Positions 7,391 through 17,736 of a DNA stretch of 64,000 nucleotides are shown piece after piece. This DNA is from a virus: positions 3,635-67,634 of IMG/VR virus record IMGVR_UViG_3300030329_005612. One strand, given 5' to 3'. Position 1 is the stretch's first letter. Each line of letters opens with the position of its first letter. Both the position numbers and the translations under genes were made by a program. The notes beneath the pieces are model-generated. The model made no database searches. It had not been told where the DNA came from and worked only from the letters and a program-made list of their open reading frames with translations.

Positions 7391-7689
7391 AGAATGAGTC
7401 TCAATATCATTAAAAAAAAAGAACTTCATTATTTATAGTTCTTTATTTGGAAGTGTTTCTTTATTTCGGGAAAGTAAAATAATTGGCGAAAAATATATTA
7501 ACGACAAGCCTCGCGTACCACCTAAATTTATAATACGGAATAAGCTTCCTAACAATGTGAGGTAAAACTTATCTAGTATAATTTACACAGATTTTAGTAT
7601 AATAGAATAAAAAAAAGGCCACCGAGGGGGAAGACAAATAAAAACCCCCCGATGACCTTCGTTAGACGAACTGTGAAAAGAACCAAAAC

Positions 7690-8649
7690 TCAGTCCGCCA
7701 AACCTTGCAAATAACTCTGACCCTGCTTGGTGAGTGCTCGACCAGCAGTTGTAATCTCCATTAGATTCATTTTCTGTAGGTGCATCTCAAAGTCCCTCTG
7801 TAGGCAAGCCTTGGTAAGACCTGTCTTGGCCGAAAGGTAAGTGAGCGAGCAGTCCTTACGCTCCGAGAGGTAACGCAGCACTTGAAGCTCAATACGATTA
7901 AGTCCGAGAGGAAGTATGCCCAACTGTTTCTTCAGACCGTTCCAATCTTTGCTCGTAAAATTCTCACGACGCTTCGCCCGAAGAAAGAGTTTGATGTTGT
8001 TAGCCATCTTTTGTGCGGCACGGGCATTACCACGCAGGATAGTTGCCATGTCGTCCAGCACAGTTTCCTCAAAGGTCACACCTTGACACACCCGACTGAT
8101 AATCTCTCCGAGTTGATTGTAAGAGTATTCTTCAAGGTCAATGCGTTCTGTCCTGTCCATGAGGGCGTGGAAAATCTGCTGCGCCTCGGTGGTAGCGAAC
8201 ATAAAACTTTGCCTGTTAAAATCAAAATCAACAGTATATTCGTCGTATGAAAATGTGTTCCGATTGTCACTGTTAGGATTAAGAATCGTCAACAATGCCA
8301 TCGTCACATCCTTGGGAAGCTCAGATGCCTCATCGAAAAGAACAGTGCATTCTTGTTCGTGAATATGAGGGATAACTACTTGGTTAAAAAATTGCTTTAC
8401 GTTTTTAATGGTAGAGCAGTTCAGTTCCAAGAACTTCTTTGGTTTGCCAACGCGCGAATCGTCATAGCGAGCGGTCAGGTGCTGCCCAGTTGCCTTGGCG
8501 AGCATGGTCTTGCCGCACCCCTTCGGTGCAACAAACATAATGTGAGGGATAATGTTAGTAGCTTTATATCCATCAAGATAAAATTTTAATTTGTTTTTGG
8601 CGGCGTCTTGGCCGACGATAGAAGTGAAGATGTCTTTTTTGTCTTTCAT
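7690..8649 (-). CDS. ruvB: RuvB-like AAA+ ATPase (Holliday junction branch migration motor homologue)
   Basis: IVGQ, Walker A APKGCGKT, Walker B LFDE, FATT, RGNAR, and C-terminal winged helix LGL...T.AGR; 319 aa. Confidence 0.85.
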   Translation of the reverse strand: MKDKKDIFTSIVGQDAAKNKLKFYLDGYKATNIIPHIMFVAPKGCGKTMLAKATGQHLTARYDDSRVGKPKKFLELNCSTIKNVKQFFNQVVIPHIHEQECTVLFDEASELPKDVTMALLTILNPNSDNRNTFSYDEYTVDFDFNRQSFMFATTEAQQIFHALMDRTERIDLEEYSYNQLGEIISRVCQGVTFEETVLDDMATILRGNARAAQKMANNIKLFLRAKRRENFTSKDWNGLKKQLGILPLGLNRIELQVLRYLSERKDCSLTYLSAKTGLTKACLQRDFEMHLQKMNLMEITTAGRALTKQGQSYLQGLAD

Positions 8650-8686
8650 TAAATATAATGGTATCAGATTTTAAAATAAATGTCAA

Positions 8687-8929
8687 CTACCAATCCTGCT
8701 CTACTTCTTCCAAGTCATTAACATTCATATCCACCGCCTCAGTATAGGTGACAATATGTTTGTTGTTGTTTTCGGCTAGGATGGGGCTACCATCCAAGTG
8801 AAGTTGTTCCGCATACTTACGCGACACCATCACGGTTGCGTCCTCCTTCAATATACGGTTTAATTCTCGCAATGATACTCCAAGAAAAGAGCATCCTGCC
8901 GCACCAGCTTTTCGTCCTCGTTTTGCCAT
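8687..8929 (-). CDS. Small protein with KRGRK AT-hook-like N-terminus
   Basis: 80-aa ORF with promoter TTGCAT-17-TAAACT 8 nt before ATG. Confidence 0.65.
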   Translation of the reverse strand: MAKRGRKAGAAGCSFLGVSLRELNRILKEDATVMVSRKYAEQLHLDGSPILAENNNKHIVTYTEAVDMNVNDLEEVEQDW

Positions 8930-9312
8930 CTGTTTATAGTTTAAAATAAATTAAAAAATAATGCAAGCCTTTTCTTAAAAAAGTATCCTCATTATCATGT
9001 GATGTTTCTTACTTTCTTTCGGGCTATCATTTTTACATTCTTCATCGCCCTTTTTGCAGAATTTTCCTGCCTTGTCTCGGTTTATATTTACAGATTTGTG
9101 ATTCACTTTTTGCTTCATGTGTAGATATTAAAATAAATTAAAATAGAAGTCAATAAAAAAAACCCTCACACCAATTACTGATGTAAGGGAACATTATGAA
9201 AAGATAAGAAGTGTTAAAGAAGGTCAAAATCATCAAAAACCCGTGAGCGGTTCTCCCGCCCCTCTATTCTTCTTATGTCCGTATTATATTGCAGAATAGA
9301 TTATTTGTCAAA

Positions 9313-9573
9313 TTAAAATGGCTCATTATTTATTTCTTTTAGTTCAGCAATTCCAGTGGGGATTTCTCTGTAATTATCTTTCGGCTTCCACTCCTTATTT
9401 TCGGCTAGTTGGCGAGTATTGGCGGCGAGTTCGTCCGCTGCTCTACCATGAGGCTCCTCGATAATATATATTTGCCGCCATTCATCTAGCGTCCAGAAGC
9501 ATTCATGCCATGCAGCCTCATATCTACGCGCCCATTTGAGTTGCTTTTCTGTAATTTTTTTCTTTCTTGGCAT
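9313..9573 (-). CDS. Hypothetical protein
   Basis: 86-aa ORF with TTGACA promoter immediately upstream. Confidence 0.65.
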   Translation of the reverse strand: MPRKKKITEKQLKWARRYEAAWHECFWTLDEWRQIYIIEEPHGRAADELAANTRQLAENKEWKPKDNYREIPTGIAELKEINNEPF

Positions 9574-10391
9574 TGTATTATTATATCTATAATTGATGTG
9601 ATGTCAAGTATTATATTTAAATTCATTAAAATATATTAAAATTCATTTAAAATTGCCGCGCCTAAATTTTGTTAAAAAACTTCTTTTAGCCCAAAAAAAC
9701 GTCTTTTTACCTCTAAAACCAGCTTATTTCGCCAAAAATCATTAAAAATTTTAGTCTATATTTTCGACTTTTTGGTTAGTAATCTAGTGTCTTAACATAG
9801 AGTACAACACACAATAAAATTATTAATGCTACTATTATCATATCCTATCCATCAAAGTCATTATCATCAAACCAACCGCTTTTGACAAGCCAAAAAGCTG
9901 CCCCGACCATGATGGCCGTTGTTATTATGATTTTAATTAAGTCACTCATTGTATTTGACTTTTCTCTATTAGTAATTACACTATTTATTTGATTTAATTT
10001 CATTTGTTTTATGGTATATAGTATCGAATAATATCAGAATAGATTTAGTAATTTAAAATGAGTTTAAATATAAATTTTAAATACTACCCACCACTCCAAC
10101 ACATATTAAAAAACAACACCTTTATTTGCTATATTCCCTATATGTATTATCCCTATTAGAAAAGAAGAAGAAACATAAAAAAAGCCCCAAAAATGGGGCA
10201 ATTTTAAACTAAATTAAAATTAATAGTCACCAGAATCTACCCTGCGGTACTCATAAATAAACACCACAATCATAAAAATTAAAAACGCAACAGTCATATA
10301 TAATAAGACTTTCTCTGTAGATATGTTTAAGGACTGTTTTGTTCATATATTACCCCACTTTGCTACATAATAAGACACTTTCCCCCACTTG

Positions 10392-10673
10392 TCAAGTTAT
10401 TCCATTAACTGTGCCGTCTGGCCCGATTTCCAATCCACGATGCCGCTCCATGTCACGAACATCTGTGTACCAGTGTTTACTAAAGCTCGGTACAGTTTCG
10501 GGATAGTGAATGTGTTCTTCGACTGGACGGTTGCGGTTGTATTCTTTACGCACTTCTTCTTCGTCGCGCTTCTGCCACTCCAGTTCAATGAATCGGCGTA
10601 TCGCTACGGCATCTCCACCTACGGCAAATTCAAGTTTTCTGTAAACTTCGTCTAGGATTTTTGTATCATTCAT
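10392..10673 (-). CDS. Hypothetical protein
   Basis: 93-aa ORF in a co-oriented gene run. Confidence 0.6.
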   Translation of the reverse strand: MNDTKILDEVYRKLEFAVGGDAVAIRRFIELEWQKRDEEEVRKEYNRNRPVEEHIHYPETVPSFSKHWYTDVRDMERHRGLEIGPDGTVNGIT

Positions 10674-10691
10674 ATTAATTAATTTTTGTTA

Positions 10692-11006
10692 TTACTTTCT
10701 TTGCGTTGTTAAGATTTTGGAAATTATGCGCTTGATTGCTTTTTTGCGCCCCTTTCCTCCGCTGGTTAAATGAAAGCCCCCGCAAACATTACATCCATAA
10801 AAATTAAATATCTTGCCAGTGTCTTTGTGGAGTCGTAGTAGCCCAGCGGCAACATCCTTCATGCTATCTAGTTTAGATTTATTTATGCAACTTCTGTATA
10901 TTTCAGCCTGTCGCTCTTTACTTAACTTTAAAAAGTTAGCCCAGTTGATGCGCCCCCTTAATGGAGGGGATTGCTTATTCTCAAACCATTTTTTTAAGGT
11001 TTTCAT
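10692..11006 (-). CDS. Small zinc-binding phage protein
   Basis: SCINK...YGCNVCGGFHLTS motif. Confidence 0.65.
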   Translation of the reverse strand: MKTLKKWFENKQSPPLRGRINWANFLKLSKERQAEIYRSCINKSKLDSMKDVAAGLLRLHKDTGKIFNFYGCNVCGGFHLTSGGKGRKKAIKRIISKILTTQRK

Positions 11007-11032
11007 TAATTCTTTCTTTTAAACTCTCTGAT

Positions 11033-11374
11033 TCATAGTTCGTAGTTTTTTAACAACTCTAGTTCTTTTTCTACCCCCTCCTCACTCAACCATCCTTTAA
11101 CATCGTCGCCCCATCCGAGGGGGTCACACATTCTGCCATGCGGCCCAAATACACCAATCTCGTATAAGCCACTTGCTTTTTCCCACTCACGATTGCCGTA
11201 TGAATTTCCATGCCTAACTACGGAAACACTATAACCATTCTCTAACTCCACATAGGCTTGGATTGCATCCTTCCCATGCGTTTCAGATATGTCGTGAAAC
11301 TCTAAATCTTTAAACTTCATTTTCTTTATACCTTTCTCCCTAATTCTTTTTTGGAAAATAGTTCTTCTCTCCAT
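11033..11374 (-). CDS. Conserved phage hypothetical protein (start may be MKFKDL)
   Basis: ENGYSVSVV...SYG...GLYEIGV...DDVKGWL pattern. Confidence 0.7.
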   Translation of the reverse strand: MERRTIFQKRIREKGIKKMKFKDLEFHDISETHGKDAIQAYVELENGYSVSVVRHGNSYGNREWEKASGLYEIGVFGPHGRMCDPLGWGDDVKGWLSEEGVEKELELLKNYEL

Positions 11375-11951
11375 ACTTTTTGCACTCTTGCGCCCACCAA
11401 TCGTTTTTCTTCTTGTTTATTTTTTCGGGGTTAGCTTCTTGGAGTGATGTGCTGTAAGGTTGGCGGTGTACGCCTATTCGTCGCGGCCCGTTTGTCTCAG
11501 TGGGGTTTGAGTGGCTGTCTATTTTTCCTTCTTGTTTCATTTTTAATCCTCGTAACTATCTATTAGTTTCATTAGTGCTGCATCTACGTTTTGCTGGTTG
11601 TCTATCTTTCGAGCGAAGTCCTCGATACCCTGCTCGTCCACAGGAACCTTTACATACTCATCAAGGAAACGCTTGTAAGCGTCCCATGATTGGATAACAG
11701 TGTCAAGTAATTCTTTTTCCATCGGATATATATAATTTAAATAACATTAAATTATGAATGTTTATCTAAAAGTTTTTCTAATTTTCCTGCTTCTTGGGTC
11801 AAGTCCATTGTGTCTCCATCCTCTTTGGAGATTAAAGAATAAATAATACAATCATTCAAACCCAAGCTGTCTGGCCCTTGACCAACCATCTTCCATCCCA
11901 AGTTGCTCTTGAGTCTCTTTTTCGCCCAGTCGTCTATTTTAACTTTAACAA

Positions 11952-12140
11952 TCACCGTTCAATCTTTTCAAAGTGTTTGTCTACAATGTCGAGAATATCT
12001 TCTTTCATCTCATCATCAGTCTTAACTTCTCGACCAAGCTCTGTGTAACCAAGGTCATGACCTATGTCTCTTAACTGCACAAAGTATTTTTCAACTTCTT
12101 CGTGAATGTCTGCTTTAACGTCTAGTATCTTGTATTCCAT
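11952..12140 (-). CDS. Hypothetical acidic protein
   Basis: 62-aa ORF with AAGGA SD-like sequence. Confidence 0.55.
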   Translation of the reverse strand: MEYKILDVKADIHEEVEKYFVQLRDIGHDLGYTELGREVKTDDEMKEDILDIVDKHFEKIER

Positions 12141-12143
12141 AAT

Positions 12144-12323
12144 TTAATCCTTCAATTCAAATGCTTCAACGGTACTTTCGTCAGGGTTCCATTGCATAGA
12201 CCCTTCGTAGTCTCCAATGTTCTCCTCAATCATTTCCTCTGCCTCTACTCTACTATTGGCTTCAACCACTTTTTCGCCATGAGCGTAGTAGGTCTTTGAC
12301 CATGTTACTGCATATTTTTTCAT
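12144..12323 (-). CDS. Small acidic phage protein (59 aa, MKKYAVTWSKT...)
   Basis: Hand-translated; GGAGG SD; VEANSRVEAEE motif. Confidence 0.6.
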   Translation of the reverse strand: MKKYAVTWSKTYYAHGEKVVEANSRVEAEEMIEENIGDYEGSMQWNPDESTVEAFELKD

Positions 12324-13250
12324 AATTTAGTCCTCCAATTTTTTAACATCAACGCACGATGCGCCAACGATAGATAGTCCTGTTTCGTCGCATTGCTCCC
12401 CAACACCCTCTTGCATAATTGCGTGAAGCCAGTGTTCGGTTGCGCGAGAATAATTATCCTCGCCTTCTACTAGAATTTTAATGGTTGCTTGATACTTCAT
12501 TTTAACTCAATTCGTGTTGAAAGCATTCTACTTCACCACTTCCGTCTTTCATCTTTAGAATGTAAATTTTATGCTTACCATTTCTCCCGTGCTTATCAAC
12601 TATCGTGCCGTAGCCAGAGCAAACACCTTCGTCTGGGTCAGTCCAATATACTTCGTCTCCAATTTCGAGATTCATTTAGTCCTCCCTCATTAAATCATTC
12701 ATAAAGTCCTGCATCTGATGGATAGCCTCATAATTATTCATGCCATCCACATCACTTTGAACGCCTTCATCTTCTGCTACTTGCGCTCCCAAGTCTGCGA
12801 GCTTCAACACCCGCTCCATTGCTTCTCTGTTAGTCATAAATATTTTAATCATCCATTAGGCTGTCGCCTTTATAGGTTATGTTTTTTTCTATTTTGTATG
12901 TATAATTTTTGGGGTTTAGATTGTTTTGTTTTAAAAAATCTTTGGCGTCCTTAATCGTAGAGGCTTGCATTATCCCGATGGATGTTTTCTTTCCCTTTTT
13001 TTTGGCTAGAACGTATTTCATTATGCTTTCGATTCCTCTCTCTTTCTTTTAGATAATTTTTTAATGCTGCTTCTGCCTTGTAGAAGGCATGGCTAGATGT
13101 GTTGTCATGCTCCATTTATTTCTTTTTCTTTTTGGAAAATCTTTCAGCTATCTCCTCACCTACAGGGCCAGAAAGGAGCAGTATAACAACTGGTATGAGG
13201 AACATCGTAAGAATATAAATAACAAGGAATGTCATATTTAATTAATTTAA

Positions 13251-13460
13251 TTATAGGTTAAATTCAAGTTGCTCAACAGTGTCAATGCACCCGATGGCGT
13301 CAATGTATTCAGTGTCAGTAAAAACGTCTCTAATGCGCTTCTGGAGGGCATTAATGACCTCCTGCTTCTCTCTGGTGAGGCACTCATCGGGACTCCTGTG
13401 GTCACTTTGAACGCGAAAACACATTTCAAAAGTGTGTGTGTATTTGTAGTAGTTTTTCAT
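13251..13460 (-). CDS. Hypothetical protein
   Basis: 69-aa ORF with TTGACT promoter just upstream. Confidence 0.6.
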   Translation of the reverse strand: MKNYYKYTHTFEMCFRVQSDHRSPDECLTREKQEVINALQKRIRDVFTDTEYIDAIGCIDTVEQLEFNL

Positions 13461-13500
13461 CTGTATAAATGCTACATTAGTTTAAAAAATAAGTCAAGCA

Positions 13501-13788
13501 TTATTCAACACCAATTAATTCAACAATCTCTTTACCGTTCCAGTTGTATTCCTTGTCAAATACTTTTTTGACATTATGTTTGTGGTCTAGTTGGAGATAG
13601 TGGATGGTTCCCTGAGTTCCAACAAGACAGTCTACATCCTTGATAGCCACCCGCGCTTTTCCACCATCATTACTCTTAATTAAGATATGGGTAGCACCAT
13701 ACGGTGGACGTGGAATTTTTATCCCTGCTATATTTTTGTATGGTTTTTTTTGAAAAGGCACTTTAATTTCCTTCGTTTTGAAAGCCAC
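13501..13788 (-). CDS. Hypothetical protein
   Basis: 95-aa ORF. Confidence 0.6.
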   Translation of the reverse strand: MAFKTKEIKVPFQKKPYKNIAGIKIPRPPYGATHILIKSNDGGKARVAIKDVDCLVGTQGTIHYLQLDHKHNVKKVFDKEYNWNGKEIVELIGVE

Positions 13789-14036
13789 CTGTTTACGAAC
13801 ACCTTTGCTTCATCAAGAGATATTTGTGGAGAAAAATGATTTTTAAAAGACACAATTAAATACGGCAAAAAGTAATCCCCGTCATCTATTTCTGTGTGTT
13901 TTTCTTCCAGCCACTCTGACATTTCTCTGTGTGTAGGTTGGGTCATTTTAATTTAAAAAAAATAAAAAAATAAAATCAAAAAAAGAGAGAGTGCCAAAGT
14001 CGAAAGCAAAACTTTGACACCCTCCCTCAGTGTGGG

Positions 14037-14918
14037 CTAGTTGTTGCTAGGGTTACTTCCACCAAGCTCGTCAATGATGTCTTGCTTCGCTTGATGGTAG
14101 CCCTTTTGCCAACCAGCACCGTATGATGCGGCGGTTTCGTCAACGGAAGCTACATCGTCAACCCACTCGCTCTCATCATAGTCTCCGTAGATACCATCAT
14201 CTAGCGGACGATCAATGGTTTCGTGAATCGCCACTACTTTATACTTTGCAGTACGCAGTTTTTGGCAACTACAATCCACTGGCACACTGACCACATCACT
14301 TGGGTCAATCTCCACACGCATTAGATGTCCTCCACCAGATGCGTAACCCTTGGCGTATTCATACGAACCCGCATGAAAACCTTGACTGCAACCAATATTG
14401 GCATCATCACAAACAGTGTTGCGCGTCATTTCCAATATCTGACCTACACTGTTATCAAAACTATTAGTGTGGAAGTCCTTAAAATCGCCCGTAACACCTT
14501 TGTAGGCAATGAAATTGCCGTCTGGAGTGATGGGCATATTCTTATGCTCCAAGAACGTATAAAGTTCGTTTACAGCACGGCGTGACGGGTTCGCCATAAG
14601 TTTACCAAGAAAGCGCACAAGAGGCTTAAAGGGTAATCCCTGCTGCATAAAATTAAGAATCTTATCAACAACAAGGTTGTGAACTATTTCACCGTCATAA
14701 AGAACCGCACCGTTTTCAACGCTAACTTTCGACTCCGCATCAGCGTAATCTTCAACCGCTTTGGAAACGTCGAATAAACCTTCAAGACGCTCATATTCTT
14801 CGTTGTTGAGCGCATCCATCGCTTGTGTCCACGCTGGATGGTCAGCGTTCATTGTCAAAGCCTTTCCTTCGATAACGACCATTAGGCTCTTTTCTGTCAG
14901 AATGTATGGTATCTTCAT
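14037..14918 (-). CDS. rIIB: rIIB-like protein
   Basis: NPSRRAVNELYTFL, ITPDGNFIAYKGV, CSQGFH and DVVSVP motifs; downstream of rIIA. Confidence 0.9.
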   Translation of the reverse strand: MKIPYILTEKSLMVVIEGKALTMNADHPAWTQAMDALNNEEYERLEGLFDVSKAVEDYADAESKVSVENGAVLYDGEIVHNLVVDKILNFMQQGLPFKPLVRFLGKLMANPSRRAVNELYTFLEHKNMPITPDGNFIAYKGVTGDFKDFHTNSFDNSVGQILEMTRNTVCDDANIGCSQGFHAGSYEYAKGYASGGGHLMRVEIDPSDVVSVPVDCSCQKLRTAKYKVVAIHETIDRPLDDGIYGDYDESEWVDDVASVDETAASYGAGWQKGYHQAKQDIIDELGGSNPSNN

Positions 14919-14970
14919 AGTGTTTATATATTAGTTGAAATTGAGATTTGAGTCAAGAACTTTTTTAAAT

Positions 14971-15330
14971 TTATTTAGTCTCCATTACTTTTTTGACTTT
15001 TCTTACAACTTCATCGACAACTCCAAAATTTAAACTTCCACACAGTTGACCACTCAACTCATAACCGTCCCAGTTATTCCCAAAGTGAACTCGACAAGTA
15101 GATGCGTGCTCGTAAGTTTCATTATTCCAGCTATATGTTCGTAGGGATGACTTACCCCGAATATGAATCGTAACCCACGGAGACTTGTTTTGAACATTTT
15201 TTAATCTGACGGTAGCAGTATTCGCTCGAAAGCTACCTGTGGATGTGCGTGGAACAATATCATCCTTGTCGATTACTTTCATGTCCGCCAGTGTTACTGT
15301 TCTGCTGGATTTTTCCCAATTGATTTTCAT
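14971..15330 (-). CDS. Hypothetical protein between rIIA and rIIB
   Basis: 119-aa ORF. Confidence 0.6.
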   Translation of the reverse strand: MKINWEKSSRTVTLADMKVIDKDDIVPRTSTGSFRANTATVRLKNVQNKSPWVTIHIRGKSSLRTYSWNNETYEHASTCRVHFGNNWDGYELSGQLCGSLNFGVVDEVVRKVKKVMETK

Positions 15331-15428
15331 AAGTTTAATTTAATTAATTTAATTATGGACGAGTTTTAAAAGAGGAGGCTCCCGCGAATGCACACACGAG
15401 AACCTCCCCAGCACCGAATGCCAGTCCA

Positions 15429-17684
15429 TTAAACATTCGGTGAATTGCAAATATCTATGATATTAATATAGTTAACAATATCCTTTCTCATACAGGCGAC
15501 ATCTGAAGCCCAGTACCCCATTTGACAATGGCCCAACATACTATATCGCTCATGTACCTCTTGTGCAAGCTCTGCAAGGTCATGGTCAGGCTTGAGCGTG
15601 GAGTTAAGTTTTAAGTTAAACTGTTCAACCAAGTCTCTGCACCCATCAAGAACAGACTTATCTTGTTCATGCCTCATAAATGTTAGTTGTTCAAAAAGAG
15701 TTTTTGCTTTGCCCTTTACCAGTAGGTCTGCAAACTCTGAAGGTGTATCATAGAGCTTGGAGTTAAGCCAGCTAAAATCACTGATAACTGACATTGTGGT
15801 TTCACGATTGATATATTTCTGCTCAATGTTTTGAGTGTCAAGTTGCTCTCTAATGGCAGAAGATGCCCATTCCCAAAATGGTTGCCAATTTTTATTGGCT
15901 TTAACCTTTTTAAGAGACTTGGAATTAATTTTAAATCCATGTAAGGTGGGAAGTTCAATCTTTAAAATCTCCTTCAACTGCTTAACGAGATTCCGCAAAT
16001 TTCTAGGATGAACTTCTTCGCTATGGAATACAGCCTCCTTTACTTTTCCGCTGATGTAAAACCTGTCCAGTTCCACATAAACCCCTTCGCTATCATCTCC
16101 AAGGTCAACTTCTCCTACATTCCAAATGGAAGACCTAGCATCACTCCAATTAATCTGATTCAATTTACCCCAATCCAAAGTAAATTCCTTGGTCGAATGA
16201 CGCTTGTTTGATTGGCTCTTGCCACCCACTGAAACACTACCAGCGGTAGCATATCCAAAATCTTTCAAGGGGCGTTTGGGGAGGTCGGATAGTTTGGTCA
16301 TCTCACAGTCCAACCCTTTTGCTTTAAGTTCCTTGCGAGTTTTCGCGTTATTAAATTTAATTAAATATACTTCCTTCTTTTGATTGATAATAAGGTCAAG
16401 AACCTTACCTAGAGAACCGCGCCTGTCAGGCATATCATTTTCTATAACAACGGTATTCCTAGAACAATCAATTTGATGGCAACCTACTGCGCGATACCTC
16501 TTTCCGCGATAAGGTAGCTTGAATTTATGTAACTCAATATCGGGCCTTTTAGAGTTATGATTCTTGTCGTAGTCCTTTACTTGAGAGGAACAATCAATAG
16601 TTGAGCTACTAACTGAAGTTTTGTTCCAGAGCAAGCTGTCGCGTAAGATACCGCGCAACTCATAAAGATTGCTACCCACATCAAAAACACAACCCCACAA
16701 CTGTTTTGCCTCGAAAAGAGTCTTACACTCATTAAACTGTTGTGTTATCTTTGAAGATAACTCTTTTTTAACCTTTTTGAGAGTATTAGTTATATTCTTT
16801 CTGGTGTAGTCGGTATATTGGAGGTTTTCGCGGGACGCAGAAATTTCCACATCACCGATATTCATGTCTAGGACAAGATTACCATGAAGAAGATTTTCAA
16901 GTTTTGCATCCTCCTCGTTTAACTCAAGATTATAGCGGTTTATGGGGTATCCTATGTTGCCCATTACAAGGGTCGAGTCTCCCCTATCCCACCTACTCAC
17001 GCTGGAGTTATCCAAATACTTCCAATTGCTACCCTCAAAAAGAACATCACAATCAGTGTATTCATATTTTACTCCCTTGGTAACGGGACGGACTTTAAAC
17101 CATTTAAATAAATTCCGCGCTTTAGTTTGAAACTCATCAACATCTTCTAGCCTTACAGGTACAGTAATCTCAATACCATTCTTTTCAGAGGTCGGTTCTG
17201 TGCCGATTTTGCTAATCTGACCAATCTGCGAGGGGTCAATGAAGGCGTTATAGATATGTTTTGTGCCATCAATATAAGAATTAATTACAAAATTATCACC
17301 ATAGGCAAAGGCAGACTTTGAACCAATACCAAGCATACCAATTTGGTCATTGGAATTACGCTTGGTAGACTCACCATAAAAAGCATAAACATCTTGAATC
17401 TCTTGGTCATTCAAGGCATCACCGTAATCACGAACCTTAAAATCAAGTTTTAAGCGTGTAGGAAGCGTAACCTCGATGGGAACGTCGCCCTTACCCGCTT
17501 GAACCTGAGCATCCACAGCATTGCATGAATACTCACGAATTACTGCTAAAATTTTATCAGAGTAAAGTTGGTCGCGGAGAATACCTAAAATGTGATGCAA
17601 TCCAGAAGATTTAATTCCGAATTTGACACTGGTAGTAATGCCGCTTGACTTGACAGACTTGGTGGATTTTACTTGTGGTTTCAT
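15429..17684 (-). CDS. rIIA: rIIA-like protein (GHKL ATPase N-terminus)
   Basis: LYSDKILAVIREYSCNAVDA, VRDYG, STKRNSNDQIGMLGIGSKS and SRENL motifs. Confidence 0.9.
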   Translation of the reverse strand: MKPQVKSTKSVKSSGITTSVKFGIKSSGLHHILGILRDQLYSDKILAVIREYSCNAVDAQVQAGKGDVPIEVTLPTRLKLDFKVRDYGDALNDQEIQDVYAFYGESTKRNSNDQIGMLGIGSKSAFAYGDNFVINSYIDGTKHIYNAFIDPSQIGQISKIGTEPTSEKNGIEITVPVRLEDVDEFQTKARNLFKWFKVRPVTKGVKYEYTDCDVLFEGSNWKYLDNSSVSRWDRGDSTLVMGNIGYPINRYNLELNEEDAKLENLLHGNLVLDMNIGDVEISASRENLQYTDYTRKNITNTLKKVKKELSSKITQQFNECKTLFEAKQLWGCVFDVGSNLYELRGILRDSLLWNKTSVSSSTIDCSSQVKDYDKNHNSKRPDIELHKFKLPYRGKRYRAVGCHQIDCSRNTVVIENDMPDRRGSLGKVLDLIINQKKEVYLIKFNNAKTRKELKAKGLDCEMTKLSDLPKRPLKDFGYATAGSVSVGGKSQSNKRHSTKEFTLDWGKLNQINWSDARSSIWNVGEVDLGDDSEGVYVELDRFYISGKVKEAVFHSEEVHPRNLRNLVKQLKEILKIELPTLHGFKINSKSLKKVKANKNWQPFWEWASSAIREQLDTQNIEQKYINRETTMSVISDFSWLNSKLYDTPSEFADLLVKGKAKTLFEQLTFMRHEQDKSVLDGCRDLVEQFNLKLNSTLKPDHDLAELAQEVHERYSMLGHCQMGYWASDVACMRKDIVNYINIIDICNSPNV

Positions 17685-17736
17685 AATGGACTGTTGTTAA
17701 GTTGTGAGCCTAGTCTACTTTAGATTAAAAAAAGTG

